From the NCBI GenBank assembly GCA_964615565.1, contig CAZTPC010000001.1, positions 7,353 through 71,352 on the forward strand: a DNA stretch of 64,000 nt. The letters are read 5' to 3'. Of the stretch, positions 62,714 to 64,000 are shown piece after piece; position 1 is the stretch's first letter; every line of letters begins with the position of its first letter. Source of the stretch: an uncultured Candidatus Saccharibacteria bacterium. Lineage in GTDB: Bacteria > Patescibacteriota > Saccharimonadia > Saccharimonadales > AWTP1-31. Position numbers and translations under genes: made by a program. The notes beneath the pieces were generated by a model. It was not told where the DNA came from and did not search any database. It saw only the letters and a program-made list of their open reading frames with translations.

Positions 62714-64000
62714 ATGAATGTTGTGACACGTGGTGTTAGAAATGCTTTTCGCAATAGCATTAGAACCTTTTCGATCGTGGCAATCCTGGGCCTAAGTATC
62801 GGATTGGCTCTGTCTATGTTGGTGGCCCGATCGGCTGTAGAAGATAAGATATCGTCGGTGAAAGCATCGATTGGTAACACCGTTACGGTGTCTCCGGCAG
62901 GAACTCAGGGCTTCGAAGGTGGCGGCGAACCGCTCACTGGGAAGGCTGTTAGCAAAATTTCGTCTTTGGATAACGTAACGAGCGTAGTACAAACCCTAAA
63001 CGATAGACTTACTAGCGAGAATACAAATCTAGTATCAGCTATCGATGCCGGCACACTTGGTAATAGGCGGGCAGGAAACTCAGGCGTAGGTTTTATGGCA
63101 CCGCCAAGTGATGTGCCACGGATGGAAAGTAGCTCAGGCGCAAGCGGTACAGAGCAGATTACACGAACGTTTACGCCACCAGTAACCGCAACTGGTAGTA
63201 ATAACACTACCTCCGCTACGGTATACGGAGGCGACACAGTTACCTTTACGTCTGGCAAAGCATTTGACCCAAGCAAGGCGGAGAATGAGGCGGTAGTCGG
63301 CAAAGCTTTGGCAGAGAAAAACTCACTTAAGGTTGGCTCTACCTTTACCACATACGGCCAAACAATTACGGTAGTTGGGATATATGACACGGGCAATACC
63401 TTTGCAAACGCTGGGCTTATCTTGCCGCTCGCAACACTTCAAAAACTATCCAGTCAGACAGACACCGTAACTAGCGCCGTTGTAACCGTCGATTCTGTAG
63501 ACAACATCGACACTGCGGTTAGTGCAATTAAGAAACAACTTGGTAGTACTGCAGACGTTGTAAGCAATCAGGAAACAGCCAAGCAAGCTGTCGAACCACT
63601 AGAAAGCGTCAAGACTATTTCGACATTCAGTTTGTTTGTTGCAGTCATCGCCGGCGCTGTAATTATCTTACTGACCATGGTTATGATTGTCCGCGAACGG
63701 CGCAGGGAAATCGGGGTCTTTAAAGCCATCGGTGCATCGAATATAAAAGTTGTACTGCAGTTTATGTCCGAAGCAGTAACACTAACAATCCTAGGGTTGT
63801 TAGCCGGATTAATAATAGGTGTAGCAACAGCAGGACCAATTACTAAGGTTCTGGTTAATAATAGCCAGTCATCTGGCCAGGCCTTACAGATGGGCGCACC
63901 AAATCGGATGCGTGGATTCGCGGGCAGGGGGCTCGGCGCAAATGTTCGAAACGTAAAAGCATCGGTCGACAGCAGCATTCTGGTATATGGTGTTGGCACG
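62714..64000 (+). CDS. ABC transporter permease, MacB/FtsX-like (5' part; continues beyond window end)
   Basis: RBS AAGGAAA at 62702. The frame stays open to the window edge. It shows an N-terminal TM (FRNSIRTFSIVAILGLSIGLALSML), a large extracytosolic domain and an FtsX-type segment (REIGVFKAIGASNIKVVLQFMSEAVTLTILGLLAGLIIG). The track omitted it because there is no in-window stop. Confidence 0.8.
   Translation, partial: MNVVTRGVRNAFRNSIRTFSIVAILGLSIGLALSMLVARSAVEDKISSVKASIGNTVTVSPAGTQGFEGGGEPLTGKAVSKISSLDNVTSVVQTLNDRLTSENTNLVSAIDAGTLGNRRAGNSGVGFMAPPSDVPRMESSSGASGTEQITRTFTPPVTATGSNNTTSATVYGGDTVTFTSGKAFDPSKAENEAVVGKALAEKNSLKVGSTFTTYGQTITVVGIYDTGNTFANAGLILPLATLQKLSSQTDTVTSAVVTVDSVDNIDTAVSAIKKQLGSTADVVSNQETAKQAVEPLESVKTISTFSLFVAVIAGAVIILLTMVMIVRERRREIGVFKAIGASNIKVVLQFMSEAVTLTILGLLAGLIIGVATAGPITKVLVNNSQSSGQALQMGAPNRMRGFAGRGLGANVRNVKASVDSSILVYGVGT

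Noticed and set aside
62695-63999. Minus-strand ORFs (62695-62880, 62792-62992, 62905-63396, 63568-63999) listed in the track at the right end
   Set aside because: All are antisense to an uninterrupted plus-strand frame (62714 to window end) that encodes a convincing MacB/FtsX-like permease with a good RBS. The plus-strand gene was missing from the track only because it has no in-window stop.
1-64000. CRISPR arrays, prophage, IS elements
   Set aside because: No regularly spaced direct repeats, no integrase, transposase, terminase or capsid-like ORFs, and no tRNA-flanked island with direct repeats were seen.

Overview
This window is 64 kb of dense bacterial chromosome, about 90% coding, with short or overlapping intergenic spacers and GC near 48-50% by eye. 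The gene content suggests a small-genome, probably monoderm lineage. It includes an LCP-family envelope protein, an archaeal-type AspRS, UppP, UppS, MurC, GtrA, a WbaP-like priming transferase, many lineage-specific secreted or membrane hypotheticals, and only two shikimate-pathway steps. This resembles Candidatus Saccharibacteria / CPR, but that attribution is an inference, not a database result. I found no rRNA, CRISPR array, transposase, integrase or other obvious mobile element. There is one tRNA (anticodon CAT) with its own extended -10 promoter and terminator. The left end (1-5.4 kb) is a glycan/EPS biosynthesis cluster: a partial ManC-like cupin gene, GT2, a 2-hydroxyacid dehydrogenase, GT4 and WbaP. 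The most interesting locus is a self-contained three-gene operon at 35.9-40.3 kb. It sits between tsaC and murC and has its own extended -10 promoter, a leaderless first gene and translationally coupled genes. Two proteins of unknown function (244 and 333 aa) are followed by an 898-aa SF2 DEAH-type helicase with a roughly 250-aa charged coiled-coil insertion and an uncharacterised C-terminal domain. I flag this as a candidate undescribed helicase-based (possibly defence or nucleic-acid surveillance) system. The second notable locus is a flavinylation module at 56.7-59.7 kb: an FMN-binding-domain protein, an ApbE flavin transferase and a membrane FAD/NAD(P) oxidoreductase. It is consistent with a membrane or extracytosolic flavin-based electron-transfer system. 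A third is a divergent pair of large hypotheticals at 12.5-15.7 kb. It has a structured leader, a strong-SD upstream ORF overlapping the main start by ATGA, and two consecutive Cys-rich zinc-ribbon elements. All calls rest on motif recognition by eye; no searches were run.
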